From: Acetobacteraceae bacterium
Lineage (GTDB): Bacteria > Pseudomonadota > Alphaproteobacteria > Acetobacterales > Acetobacteraceae
Reading direction: 5' to 3'
Length of the DNA: 33,143 bases
Assembly: GCA_019237355.1 (NCBI GenBank)
Contig: JAFAHH010000225.1
Span: forward strand, 1 to 33,143
Below the pieces are notes generated by a model, which was not told the DNA's origin, made no database searches, and saw only the letters and a list, made by a program, of their open reading frames with translations. Made by a program: the position numbers and the translations under genes. Position 1 is the first letter of the stretch. Every line of letters begins with the position of its first letter. Positions 8,062 to 16,775 of the stretch are shown here, piece by piece.

Positions 8062-9163
8062 ACCACAAGCTCTGCTCGCCCAGCTCGGGCGCGCGGCGAG
8101 TGCCGCCGGGCTCTCGTTGGAGCAGCTCAGCGATTTTCACGAGGCGTTTCGCGAGCACAGCGACCTCGTCAAGGGTGTCGCGGCGTATCGCCGGCATCCA
8201 TGGGTACGGCAATTGCCGGAACCGCCGGTAATCTGGGCGGAAGGCGAAACCCGGCTGCTCGAGTTCGTGCCCCAAGACCAGGCTGCATCCGGCCCGGTAA
8301 TCCTTTTCGTGCCAAGCCTGATCAACCGAGCCTATGTTCTCGATCTCGCACCCGGCCATTCGATGCTGCGCTGGCTGGCCGGCGAAGGGTTTCGCTGCAT
8401 GCTGCTCGACTGGGGCTGGCCGGGATTCGCCGAGCGTCAGTTTACCATCACCAATTATGTCGCCGGCCGGCTCGAACGGGCGCTTGCCTTTGCCTATGCG
8501 CATGCGGGCGAGAAGCTGGTGCTCGCTGGCTATTGCATGGGCGGAACGCTGAGCGTCGCCGCTGCCGTGCGGCGACCTGAGCCATTGCGTGCAATCGTAC
8601 TGTTGGCAACCCCGTGGGATTTCGACGCCGTGGATGCCGGGAGGGCTCTGCAAGTTATCAATCGCTTACCTTTGTTCGACGAAGTGCTTGCCGCCACGCA
8701 AACAATGCCAATTGACTTGCTGCAGATCCTTTTTGCGCTCGTGGACCCGTACGGTGTGGGCGCGAAATATCAGGCTTTTGCCTCGCTCGATCCGGAAAGC
8801 GAACGGGCCCGCCTCTTCGTTGCGATCGAAGACTGGCTGAACGACGGCGTGCCGCTCGCTGCCGCCGTGTTCCGAGAATGCGTGAAGCGTTGGTACGAGG
8901 AGAACCTGCCTGCCCGGCGCGAATGGCAGGTAGGCGGCGTTGTGATTGACCCGGCGCGCATCGCCTTGCCGGCCTTCGTGGCCGCACCCGGGCGCGATCG
9001 TCTTGTGCCGCCCGCGAGTGCGCGGGCGCTCGCGGCGCAGCTTCCGGGCGCGGTTCTGCATGAGCCTCTCGCCGGGCATATCGGGATGGTTGCGGGGGCC
9101 AATGCCGAGCAGACGCTTTGGGTTCCCTTACGGGATTGGCTGCGCGCCCTGCCTAGAGCGTGA
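8036..9163 (+). CDS. phaC: Class III-type poly(3-hydroxyalkanoate) synthase PhaC-like alpha/beta hydrolase; start uncertain (ORF opens at 7895)
   Basis: PHA-synthase lipase box with catalytic Cys, GYCMGG. LLDWGWP, LLATPWDF and PLAGHIGMV can be aligned by eye with Allochromatium-type class III PhaC. The segment from 7895 to ~8035 translates to Arg/Pro/Ala-rich junk and overlaps the better-looking upstream ORF. In-frame GTG 8036 gives 375 aa; ATGs at 7949 and 7967 are also possible. Confidence 0.8.
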   Translation: MNPGPPRPEPQALLAQLGRAASAAGLSLEQLSDFHEAFREHSDLVKGVAAYRRHPWVRQLPEPPVIWAEGETRLLEFVPQDQAASGPVILFVPSLINRAYVLDLAPGHSMLRWLAGEGFRCMLLDWGWPGFAERQFTITNYVAGRLERALAFAYAHAGEKLVLAGYCMGGTLSVAAAVRRPEPLRAIVLLATPWDFDAVDAGRALQVINRLPLFDEVLAATQTMPIDLLQILFALVDPYGVGAKYQAFASLDPESERARLFVAIEDWLNDGVPLAAAVFRECVKRWYEENLPARREWQVGGVVIDPARIALPAFVAAPGRDRLVPPASARALAAQLPGAVLHEPLAGHIGMVAGANAEQTLWVPLRDWLRALPRA

Positions 9164-9261
9164 TGACTTCAGCCGAAGCCATCATGCTCTAGCTTTGCTT
9201 TCGAGCATCTTCACGCGCTGCTGGAATGCAAGCAATTCCAGTCAAGCCCGATCTGCTCTGG
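9153..9261. repeat. A hairpin plus a diverged B-type element
   Basis: CTAGAGCGTGATGACTTC-agcc-GAAGCCATCATGCTCTAG (9153-9192) contains the phaC stop TGA at 9161-9163. 9202-9261, CGAGCATCT...CTGGAATGCAAGCAATTCCAG...GATCTGCTCTGG, is a diverged B module. Confidence 0.8.
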
Positions 9262-9336
9262 GTTGCGTCCCGGGCCATAACGTCCTACGTGAAGCCCGCC
9301 GGTCCACCTTAGGCACTTAGAAATGGGAGAAGCCAA

Positions 9337-10509
9337 ATGGACGAAATCGTAATAGTTTCAGCAACACGTACGCCCGTGGGGAGCTTTACCGGCACTCTGG
9401 GCAATCTTCCGGCACAAGAACTGGGCAGCATTGCTGTAAAGTCAGCCATACAGCGGGCCGGCCTTGAGCCGGGTGATGTTGACGAAGTTATTCTGGGTCA
9501 AATTCTTTCGGCAGGAGGCGGTCAAAATCCCGCCCGCCAAGCGGCGCATTTTGCCGGGGTTCCCGATGAGAAGACCGCGTTCGCAATCAATCAGCTCTGC
9601 GGTTCCGGCTTGCGCGCCGTGGCCCTGGGCGCGCAGCAAATTCGGACCGGCGAAAGCAATATCGTGGTCGCTGGCGGTATGGAGAGCATGAGCCAGGCGC
9701 AACACACGGCCTATCTCCGCTCCGGCACGAAGATGGGCGGCGTCGAGTTCCTGGACAGTATGCTTAAGGATGGGTTGTGGGATGCGTTCCACGGCTATCA
9801 CATGGGCGTGACGGCCGAGAACGTGGCCCGCGCGTACCAAATTACCCGCGATGAGCAGGACGAATTCGCTCTCGGATCGCAGCAAAAGGCGAGCGCCGCC
9901 CAGAAGAGCGGCCGCTTCAAGGACGAGATTACCCCCGTTACCGTGAAGTCCCGCAAGGGCGAAGTGGTTGTGTCGGATGACGAATACATTCGTCATGATG
10001 CGACCAAGGAGTCCATGGCCAAGCTGCGCCCAGCCTTCAACAAGGAAGGCACGGTCACGGCCGGCAATGCGAGCGGCATCAACGATGGAGCCGCGGCTGT
10101 CGTGCTGATGAGCGCGGGGGAAGCCTCGAAGCGCGGACTTAACCCGATAGCGCGCATCGTTGCGTTTGCAACGGCAGGCGTCGACCCCTCGATTATGGGC
10201 ACCGGACCAATCCCGTCAACCCGTAAGGCGCTCAAGCGCGCCGGTTGGAAGACCGACGACCTAGACCTGGTCGAGGCCAATGAGGCCTTCGCTGCCCAGG
10301 CGATCTCAGTGAATAAGGATCTGGGCTGGGATACGTCGAAGGTGAATGTAAACGGCGGCGCCATCGCGCTCGGCCACCCGATTGGGGCGTCTGGGGCGCG
10401 CGTGCTCGTCACATTGCTGCATGAGATGCAGAAACGGGACGCCAAAAAGGGTCTGGCCACCCTGTGCATTGGCGGCGGTATGGGCGTCGCCATGTGCGTC
10501 GAGCGGTAA
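9337..10509 (+). CDS. phaA: Acetyl-CoA acetyltransferase (beta-ketothiolase)
   Basis: 390 aa. Thiolase motifs [12 protein letters not shown] (active-site Cys), [31 protein letters not shown] and CIGGGMG. SD GGGAGA lies upstream. Confidence 0.95.
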   Translation: MDEIVIVSATRTPVGSFTGTLGNLPAQELGSIAVKSAIQRAGLEPGDVDEVILGQILSAGGGQNPARQAAHFAGVPDEKTAFAINQLCGSGLRAVALGAQQIRTGESNIVVAGGMESMSQAQHTAYLRSGTKMGGVEFLDSMLKDGLWDAFHGYHMGVTAENVARAYQITRDEQDEFALGSQQKASAAQKSGRFKDEITPVTVKSRKGEVVVSDDEYIRHDATKESMAKLRPAFNKEGTVTAGNASGINDGAAAVVLMSAGEASKRGLNPIARIVAFATAGVDPSIMGTGPIPSTRKALKRAGWKTDDLDLVEANEAFAAQAISVNKDLGWDTSKVNVNGGAIALGHPIGASGARVLVTLLHEMQKRDAKKGLATLCIGGGMGVAMCVER

Positions 10510-10517
10510 GCATGCAA

Positions 10518-10553
10518 GGCTCGCAGCCGAAAGGTTGCGGGCCTTTTTCTTTA
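10518..10553 (+). terminator. Rho-independent terminator candidate after phaA
   Basis: GGCTCGCAGCC-gaaa-GGTTGCGGGCC forms a stem (with two G-U pairs) followed by TTTTTCTTTATT. Confidence 0.6.
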
Positions 10554-10608
10554 TTCGCACAAGGATTCAAACTGACAAAACGGAAGACGCTGAGAGGGAG
10601 AAACGAGT

Positions 10609-11331
10609 ATGGCGAGAGTCGCACTTGTAACCGGTGGAACGCGCGGTATCGGCGAGGGGATTAGTAAAGCCCTCAAAAACGCGGGCTGCACGGTTGCAGC
10701 GAGCTATGCTGGCAATGATGAGGCCGCGAATAGATTTCAGAGCGAGACCGGCATCAAGGTTTTCAAATTCGACGTCAGTAATTTCGATGCGTGCAAGGAA
10801 GGAGTTCAGAAAATTACGTCTGAACTCGGCCCGATCGAAATTTTGGTGAATAACGCCGGTATAACCCGCGATACGACCTTGCAAAGGATGTCGCCCGAGC
10901 AGTGGCACGCGGTGATCAATACCAACCTGAACTCACTCTTCAACATGTGCAAGCTGGTCATTGATAGCATGCGCGAGAAGAAATTCGGCCGCATCATCAA
11001 TATCAGCAGTGTCAATGGCCAGGCTGGCCAGCTCGGTCAAACCAATTACTCGGCGGCGAAGGCGGGGGTGATCGGGTTCACGAAAGCGCTGGCGAAAGAG
11101 GGCGCACGGAACGGGATTACCGTCAACGTGATTTGCCCGGGGTATGTCGGCACGGAGATGGTGCAGGCAGTGCCGCAAGACGTGTTGCAGAAGATCATCG
11201 CGACGATTCCCATGGGGCGGCTCGGCACGGTCGAAGATATCGCACGCGGGGTGGTGTTCCTGGCCGCCGACGATGCCGGCTGGATTACCGGCTCCACCCT
11301 CTCCATCAATGGCGGGCAGCACATGTTCTGA
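10609..11331 (+). CDS. phaB: Acetoacetyl-CoA reductase
   Basis: 240 aa SDR. VALVTGGTRGIG, NNAGIT and the YSAAKAG catalytic motif. Length and context next to phaA are typical of PhaB. Confidence 0.92.
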   Translation: MARVALVTGGTRGIGEGISKALKNAGCTVAASYAGNDEAANRFQSETGIKVFKFDVSNFDACKEGVQKITSELGPIEILVNNAGITRDTTLQRMSPEQWHAVINTNLNSLFNMCKLVIDSMREKKFGRIINISSVNGQAGQLGQTNYSAAKAGVIGFTKALAKEGARNGITVNVICPGYVGTEMVQAVPQDVLQKIIATIPMGRLGTVEDIARGVVFLAADDAGWITGSTLSINGGQHMF

Positions 11332-11337
11332 GTGAAC

Positions 11338-11364
11338 ACCGGAGCGGCAAGCGGCTGCTCCGGT
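11338..11364. terminator. Hairpin between convergent phaB and the SDR gene (possible bidirectional terminator)
   Basis: ACCGGAGCGGC-aagc-GGCTGCTCCGGT, with one mismatch. The T-tract (TTCTTCC) is weak. Confidence 0.4.
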
Positions 11365-11374
11365 TCTTCCCCTC

Positions 11375-12247
11375 CTATAACATCGGTCGGCCGCCCGTTA
11401 CCGGGATCAAGGCCCCGCTGATGTAGCTTGACTCTGAGGAGGCGAGCAGCACGTAAACCGGGGCAAGCTCGGCGGGCTGTCCGGGCCGCTCGAGCGGCAC
11501 GTTCGCTCCGAACTTTTCGACCTTGCCTTCCGGCATCGTCGATGGAATGAGGGGTGTCCAGATCGGGCCTGGCGCCACCGCGTTTACCCGAATGCCTTTC
11601 TCCGCCAACATTTGCGCAAGACCCGCGGTAAAGTTCGCAATCGCCCCCTTCGTTGTCGCGTAAGGTAATAGTTGGGGCGATGGGTTCTTCGCGTTGATTG
11701 AGCTTGTGTTGACGATGGCGCTACCGGGCTTCATGTGCGGCACGGCGGCCTGGCACAGATAGAATTGGGAGTAGATGTTGGTCCGGAACGTCTTGTCCCA
11801 TTCCTCGGCGCTGATATCCTCAAGACTCTCATAGGTACGCTGCATTGCAGCATTGTTCACCAGGATATCGAGCCGGCCGAACTCGCTGAGCGCACGGTCG
11901 ATGAGGCTCCGGCAGTGGGCTTGCTCCGAGATATCTCCAGCAACGACTACGGCCCGCTTTCCCGCCTCCTCGACCCAGCGAGCCGTTTCTTTCGCGTCCT
12001 CATGCTCGTCGAGATACGCGATCAGCACGTCGGCGCCTTCGCGGGCGAAGGCGATCGCGACCGCCCGGCCGATGCCGCTATCCGCACCGGTAATCAACGC
12101 GGCCAGTCCCTGGAGCTTGCCGCTTCCTCTGTAGGATTGTTCGCCATGGTCCGGCTGGGGCCGCATCTCGCCGGTTTGGCCGGCCGGTTCCTGTTGTTGC
12201 TTTGGAAAGGACGGCTTTGGGCCGGTTTCTTTAGGGTCCTGCGCCAT
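11375..12247 (-). CDS. SDR family oxidoreductase, YghA/YdaD (general stress protein 39)-like
   Basis: 290 aa. The characteristic N-terminus is QQQEPAGQTGEMRPQPDHGEQSYRGSGKLQGLAALITGADSGIGRAVAIAFAREGADV, followed by NNAA and the YATTKGA catalytic motif. Confidence 0.85.
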   Translation of the reverse strand: MAQDPKETGPKPSFPKQQQEPAGQTGEMRPQPDHGEQSYRGSGKLQGLAALITGADSGIGRAVAIAFAREGADVLIAYLDEHEDAKETARWVEEAGKRAVVVAGDISEQAHCRSLIDRALSEFGRLDILVNNAAMQRTYESLEDISAEEWDKTFRTNIYSQFYLCQAAVPHMKPGSAIVNTSSINAKNPSPQLLPYATTKGAIANFTAGLAQMLAEKGIRVNAVAPGPIWTPLIPSTMPEGKVEKFGANVPLERPGQPAELAPVYVLLASSESSYISGALIPVTGGRPML

Positions 12248-12270
12248 GACTATGCTCCATCTGATCGCGC

Positions 12271-12410
12271 CTACAGCATGATGACTTCAGGCGAAGCCAT
12301 CATGCTGTAGGTTTTGCCTCTCAGAGCACGATTCAGGGTTTCCGACGATCGGGACCCCAATTCGCTCGCGAATTGGGAACCCGAGTCCGCCTCAACCCAT
12401 CGTGCTCTAG
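12271..12410. repeat. Composite A plus long-B palindromic element
   Basis: CTACAGCATGATGACTTC-aggc-GAAGCCATCATGCTGTAG (12271-12310). 12323-12410 is AGAGCACGAT...GGGTTTCCGAC...GGGACCCCAATTCGCTCGCGAATTGGGAACCC...ATCGTGCTCTAG. The element begins 24 nt upstream of the SDR start codon. Confidence 0.9.
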
Positions 12411-12563
12411 CGATCATGGCCTGCAATTTCGGTTGGAAGGGACACTTGCCCTCAGGCCGGCTACAGCTTGCCGATACGGCTACGTGAGACCGGCCTGACG
12501 GGCTCGCGGTTGCATTAGAGATCTAGCCGCCTCGCCAAGGGGGCGGGCTGTCTCCAGATTAGA

Positions 12564-13067
12564 CTAAGCCGCCGCCTTAGCGGCCTCCTGGTTCACCTGG
12601 CTGTTGGCAAGCTCATTGAGGAGGGTGTCGGTCTTCTTTTCCTCTTCGAGCGTTTGCTCGAGCAGCTCGACCACATCATTCTTTCCGGCAGCTTTGGCCC
12701 AAGCGACCAGCGCGCCATAGCGGCACATCTCATAATGTTCCACCGCTTGCGCATTGGCGATCAGCCCCGCGTCGAGAACCGGGCCTTTCTCGAAATCGCC
12801 GACGAGTTCTTCCCCTTCTTCGATAATGCCATTAATCGCCTCGCAGGTCTGACCCCGTGCACGGCTGCCCAATTTCTCGAATACCTGTTGCAGGCGCTCG
12901 ACGTGATGTTCGGTCTCCTCCCGGTGCTGCTGGAAGGCTTGGCGGAGCTGGTCGCTTTGCGCCACTTTGGCCATCTTTGGCAGCGCCTTCAGGATTTGCC
13001 GTTCCGCGTAGTAGATATCTCGAAGGAAACTGAGACAAAGCTCATTGAAGCCTTTGGCTGCAGCCAT
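12564..13067 (-). CDS. Ferritin-like domain protein, YciE/YciF (DUF892) family
   Basis: 167 aa. DIYYAERQILKALPKMAKVAQSDQLRQAFQQHREETEHHVERLQQVFEKLG is typical of DUF892. SD AGGAGG lies upstream. Confidence 0.85.
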   Translation of the reverse strand: MAAAKGFNELCLSFLRDIYYAERQILKALPKMAKVAQSDQLRQAFQQHREETEHHVERLQQVFEKLGSRARGQTCEAINGIIEEGEELVGDFEKGPVLDAGLIANAQAVEHYEMCRYGALVAWAKAAGKNDVVELLEQTLEEEKKTDTLLNELANSQVNQEAAKAAA

Positions 13068-13123
13068 ATCACTCCTCCTGCAATTAGGCGGCAGGGTGCC
13101 GCCGGACTATGCAGGGTTAAGCG

Positions 13124-13148
13124 CACGCCCCGGTTGGAGGTTCGTTCC
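13124..13148 (-). promoter_or_regulatory. Candidate EcfG-type (general stress sigma factor) promoter upstream of the YciE/F-like gene
   Basis: The minus strand reads GGAAC-N16-CGTG (GGAAC = complement of 13144-13148; CGTG = complement of 13124-13127). The alphaproteobacterial EcfG consensus is GGAAC-N16/17-CGTT. It lies about 57 nt upstream of the ATG at 13067, and the downstream genes are classic general-stress-regulon types. Confidence 0.4.
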
Positions 13149-13240
13149 GCCTTCTGAATAATGGCGAATTTAGGGCACGGCGTTCGGAGGAACAGCCGGG
13201 GTACTTTGACTGCCCGCCTGCCGCGCCCAATTCCGGGGAC

Positions 13241-16200
13241 ATGGAAATTCCTTTCGCGGGCTTGGCCCATGAGATCGGCCGGCAATCGCCTTTGCGGGCC
13301 GCGATCACCGCCGCCACCCGGCCAGGCGAGGCCGAATGCGTGCCGCCCCTCATCGAAGCCGCGGCCCTTTCTCCTGAGCTAATGGCCCGAGCGCAATCCC
13401 TCGCCCGGCAGCTCGTGCGAGCCTTGCGGGCGAAGGGGGGCCGAAGCGGGCTCGAGGCGCTGATGCACGAATATGACCTTTCAAGCCAAGAAGGGATCGC
13501 CCTCATGTGCTTGGCCGAGGGGTTGCTGCGTATTCCCGATACGGCGACACGGGATGCGCTGATTCGGGACAAAGTGAGCGCCGGTGATTGGCGCGCCCAT
13601 TTGGGCCGCAGCGGCTCGATTTTTGTCAACGCGGCGACCTGGGGCTTGCTGATCACAGGGCGGCTCACAGCAACGAGCAGCCAGGCCGGGTTTGGCGCTG
13701 CCCTGGCCCGGCTGGTGGCGGCAGGAGGGGAGCCCTTGATCCGCGCGGGGGTCGACCTGGCGATGCGTATGTTGGGCGAACAGTTCGTGGCCGGTCAGAC
13801 GATCGAGGAGGCGCTGGACAACGGCCGCCGGATGGCGGCGCGCGGGTTCCGCTATTCGTACGACATGCTTGGTGAAGCGGCGCTGACCACGGCGGATGCC
13901 GAGCGGTATTATGCGGCTTACGCCCATGCCATCGGTGCGATCGGTCATGCCGGTGGTGGGCGCGGGCTGCGGGAGAGCCCGGGGATTTCCGTTAAGCTCT
14001 CCGCGCTCCATCCACGCTACTCTCGTTCGCAACGGGACCGGGTTATCGGGGAGCTCGGCGGCCGGCTCCGTTCCCTGGCAGTGCAAGCGCGACGCTACGA
14101 TTTGGGGCTCAACATCGATGCCGAGGAAGCGGACCGGCTAGAATTGTCGCTCGATCTGCTGGAGATGCTCTGCGCTGAGCCCGCGCTGGCCGGGTGGGAT
14201 GGTATTGGTTTTGTCGTGCAGGCCTACCAGAAGCGCGCGCCGTTCGTAATCGATTGGCTGATCGATCTAGCGCGGCGCAGCCGGCGACGGTTGATGGTGC
14301 GGCTGGTCAAGGGGGCCTACTGGGATACTGAAATCAAACGGGCCCAGGTGGAGGGGCTCGAGGATTTCCCGGTCTACACCCGCAAACTGCATACCGACGT
14401 TTGTTATCTGGCTTGCGCGCGTAAAATGCTCGCCGCGTCCGATGCCGTGTTTCCGCAGTACGCCACACATAACGCCCTGACTTTGGCAACGATCTATACG
14501 GCAGCCGGGGAGAATTTCGAGCCTGATCTTTACGAGTTTCAGTGCCTGCACGGCATGGGTGAGCCGTTATACGAAGAGGTGGTCGGGGCGGAGAAGCTCA
14601 ATCGGCCATGCCGGATCTATGCGCCGGTTGGTACGTATGAAACCTTGTTGCCCTATCTGGTTCGGCGGCTGCTGGAAAACGGCGCGAATACCTCGTTTGT
14701 AAATCGGATTGCTAATCCGGAAGTAAGCGAGGATCTGCTGGTGGCGGATCCGGTCGCGGCGGCGCGGGCGATCCTTCCCCTGGGTGCGCCTCATCCGCGC
14801 ATCGCCCGGCCACCCGCGCTATTCGGCGTGGCGCGGGCCAATTCGCTCGGGCTTGACCTCGCCAATGAGCAGGTGCTCGCCGGGCTGGCGCAGCGGCTGC
14901 GCGCTGGGCCACGCAGGTATGGCAGCTTCGGCCGGGCCGTACGCAACCCGGCCGATAACCGGGATATTGTGGGCCGCATCGCGGATGCCGATCCGGCGCA
15001 AGCGGATGGCGCGATCGAGCGGGGCGCTGGGTCTGATTGGAGGTATGTTCCGCCGGGTCAGCGCGCGGCCTGCTTGCTTCGCGCCGCCGATATGCTGCAG
15101 GCCCGGATGCCCGAGCTGATGGGGTTGATTGTGCGCGAAGCGGGCCGGACCTTGCCGAATGCGGCCGGCGAAGTGCGCGAGGCCATCGATTTCCTCCGTT
15201 ACTATGGAACCCAGGTTAGGGACACATTTGCGAACGACACGCACCGGCCGCTCGGCCCCGTGGCATGCATCAGTCCTTGGAATTTCCCGCTTTCCATTTT
15301 TACGGGCCAGGTCGCCGCGGCATTGGCCGCCGGCAACACGGTGTTGGCCAAGCCCGCTGAGCAAACACCGCTCATCGCCGCCGAAGCGGTTCATACACTG
15401 CATGAGGCGGGCGTGCCTCCTGAGGCCGTGCAGCTCGTGCCCGGGGGCGGGGATGTGGGGGCGCAGATTGTTTCCGATCCTCGGGTTCAGGGCGTATTGT
15501 TTACCGGCTCTATCGAAGTGGCGCGCCTGATCCAGCGCGCCCTCGCCCGAAGGACGCGGCCGGATGGCGAGCTGCCGCTGTTGATTGCCGAAACGAGCGG
15601 TCAGAACGCCATGATGGTGGATGCATCGGCTCTGCCCGAACAAGTGGTGGCCGATGTGCTCGCATCGGCATTCGATTCGGCAGGTCAGCGCTGCTCCTCG
15701 TTGCGCGTCCTTTGTCTGCAGGAAGAGATTGCTGACCGCGTTTTGGAGCTGCTCCGCGGCGCAATGGCCGAGCTTGTTGTGGGTAACCCCGGCCGGTTAT
15801 CGACCGATGTCGGCCCGGTGATTTCGGCTGAAGCGGCGGCAGGGATTTCCGCACATCTCGACGCCATGCGAGGGGAAGGCCGGCCGGTGCATCAGCTTCC
15901 GCTTTCGGCCGAGTGCCGATACGGCAGCTTCGTCGCGCCAGCCTTGGTTGAGATCGAAGCCATCGCCGAGTTGGATCGTGAAGTGTTCGGCCCGGTGCTG
16001 CACGTGCTTCGATTTAGGCGGGACGAGGTGCATTCGGTGATTAACGCCGTTAACGCCACCGGCTACGCCCTAACCTTCGGGATACATTCGCGAATCGATG
16101 AAACGATTGCGCATGTTGCCGAACGGATCGAGGCGGGGAATATTTATGTCAACCGCAGCATGATTGGCGCGGTGGTTGGGGTGCAGCCGTTCGGTGGCCA

Positions 16201-16717
16201 TGGCCTCTCGGGCACTGGCCCGAAAGCTGGCGGCCCGCTCTATCTCCGGGCGCTGCTGAGCGCGGCACCGCCAATGGGGCTGGATGACGGTGGGCGGGAG
16301 CTCCCAGGGCCCGCTGGCGAGCGCAACCGCTATACGCTCCGGCCGCGCGGGACAATTCTGTGCATAGCGCAGACCGAGGCTGGCCTTGAAGCGCAACTCC
16401 GGGCGGCATGCGGGGCGGGCAATCAGGCGGTGATCTCCGCCCCCGAGGGCGCTCGCCCGGTGCTGGCACGACTGCCGCCGGGCATTGGGAACCAAGTCGT
16501 CAGCAGCGGCGATTGGGATGCCGCGCTATTTGAGGGGGCGCCGGAGGAATTGCTTGATGCCGCACGCTGGCTCGCCGACCGGCCGGGCGCGGTAATCCCG
16601 CTTGCCGGGTGTGATGCGGACCGGCCGGTTGCGCGCGAGTTCCTGGTCCAGGAGCGGACGATCAGCACGAATACGGCGGCCGCCGGCGGTAATCCGAGCC
16701 TGATGACGATTGGGTAG
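13241..16717 (+). CDS. putA: Bifunctional proline dehydrogenase / L-glutamate gamma-semialdehyde dehydrogenase PutA
   Basis: 1158 aa. The N-terminal arm has EGIALMCLAEGLLRIPD and LIRDKV. The PRODH barrel has YSYDMLGEA and VKGAYWD. The ALDH domain has ISPWNFPL, ETSGQNAMMVD and the catalytic Cys in GQRCSSLRV. The C-terminus STNTAAAGGNPSLMTIG is canonical. Confidence 0.95.
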   Translation: MEIPFAGLAHEIGRQSPLRAAITAATRPGEAECVPPLIEAAALSPELMARAQSLARQLVRALRAKGGRSGLEALMHEYDLSSQEGIALMCLAEGLLRIPDTATRDALIRDKVSAGDWRAHLGRSGSIFVNAATWGLLITGRLTATSSQAGFGAALARLVAAGGEPLIRAGVDLAMRMLGEQFVAGQTIEEALDNGRRMAARGFRYSYDMLGEAALTTADAERYYAAYAHAIGAIGHAGGGRGLRESPGISVKLSALHPRYSRSQRDRVIGELGGRLRSLAVQARRYDLGLNIDAEEADRLELSLDLLEMLCAEPALAGWDGIGFVVQAYQKRAPFVIDWLIDLARRSRRRLMVRLVKGAYWDTEIKRAQVEGLEDFPVYTRKLHTDVCYLACARKMLAASDAVFPQYATHNALTLATIYTAAGENFEPDLYEFQCLHGMGEPLYEEVVGAEKLNRPCRIYAPVGTYETLLPYLVRRLLENGANTSFVNRIANPEVSEDLLVADPVAAARAILPLGAPHPRIARPPALFGVARANSLGLDLANEQVLAGLAQRLRAGPRRYGSFGRAVRNPADNRDIVGRIADADPAQADGAIERGAGSDWRYVPPGQRAACLLRAADMLQARMPELMGLIVREAGRTLPNAAGEVREAIDFLRYYGTQVRDTFANDTHRPLGPVACISPWNFPLSIFTGQVAAALAAGNTVLAKPAEQTPLIAAEAVHTLHEAGVPPEAVQLVPGGGDVGAQIVSDPRVQGVLFTGSIEVARLIQRALARRTRPDGELPLLIAETSGQNAMMVDASALPEQVVADVLASAFDSAGQRCSSLRVLCLQEEIADRVLELLRGAMAELVVGNPGRLSTDVGPVISAEAAAGISAHLDAMRGEGRPVHQLPLSAECRYGSFVAPALVEIEAIAELDREVFGPVLHVLRFRRDEVHSVINAVNATGYALTFGIHSRIDETIAHVAERIEAGNIYVNRSMIGAVVGVQPFGGHGLSGTGPKAGGPLYLRALLSAAPPMGLDDGGRELPGPAGERNRYTLRPRGTILCIAQTEAGLEAQLRAACGAGNQAVISAPEGARPVLARLPPGIGNQVVSSGDWDAALFEGAPEELLDAARWLADRPGAVIPLAGCDADRPVAREFLVQERTISTNTAAAGGNPSLMTIG

Positions 16718-16731
16718 CCCGGGCCGGGCGC

Positions 16732-16756
16732 TCAGCCGACCGCTGGCTTCGGCTGA
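16732..16756 (+). terminator. Hairpin just after the putA stop (weak terminator candidate)
   Basis: TCAGCCGA (16732-16739) and TCGGCTGA (16749-16756) form an 8-bp stem with a 9-nt loop. There is no clear T-tract. Confidence 0.3.
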
Positions 16757-16775
16757 CTGCCATTCATCTTTCCGC

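Noticed and set aside
7506-8653. Minus-strand ORFs 7506-8066 (186 aa) and 7919-8653 (244 aa)
   Set aside because: They are antisense to orf118 and phaC. Their composition is low-complexity Arg/Ala/Ser/Pro. The plus-strand frames carry clear PHA-synthase motifs.
12323-12410. B-module core (GTCGGAAAGCC / GGGAACCC) as EcfG -35 boxes
   Set aside because: The core reads GGAAA rather than GGAAC on the relevant strand. The one true GGAAC (plus strand, about 12376) has no CGTT at N16-17 and points away from the SDR gene.
12654-13668. ORFs 12654-13157 (+) and 13117-13668 (-)
   Set aside because: They are antisense to the DUF892 gene and the putA 5' end respectively and have no motifs. They are shadow ORFs.
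14819-15643. 274-aa minus-strand ORF inside putA
   Set aside because: It is antisense to the ALDH domain of putA, which has unambiguous motifs on the plus strand.
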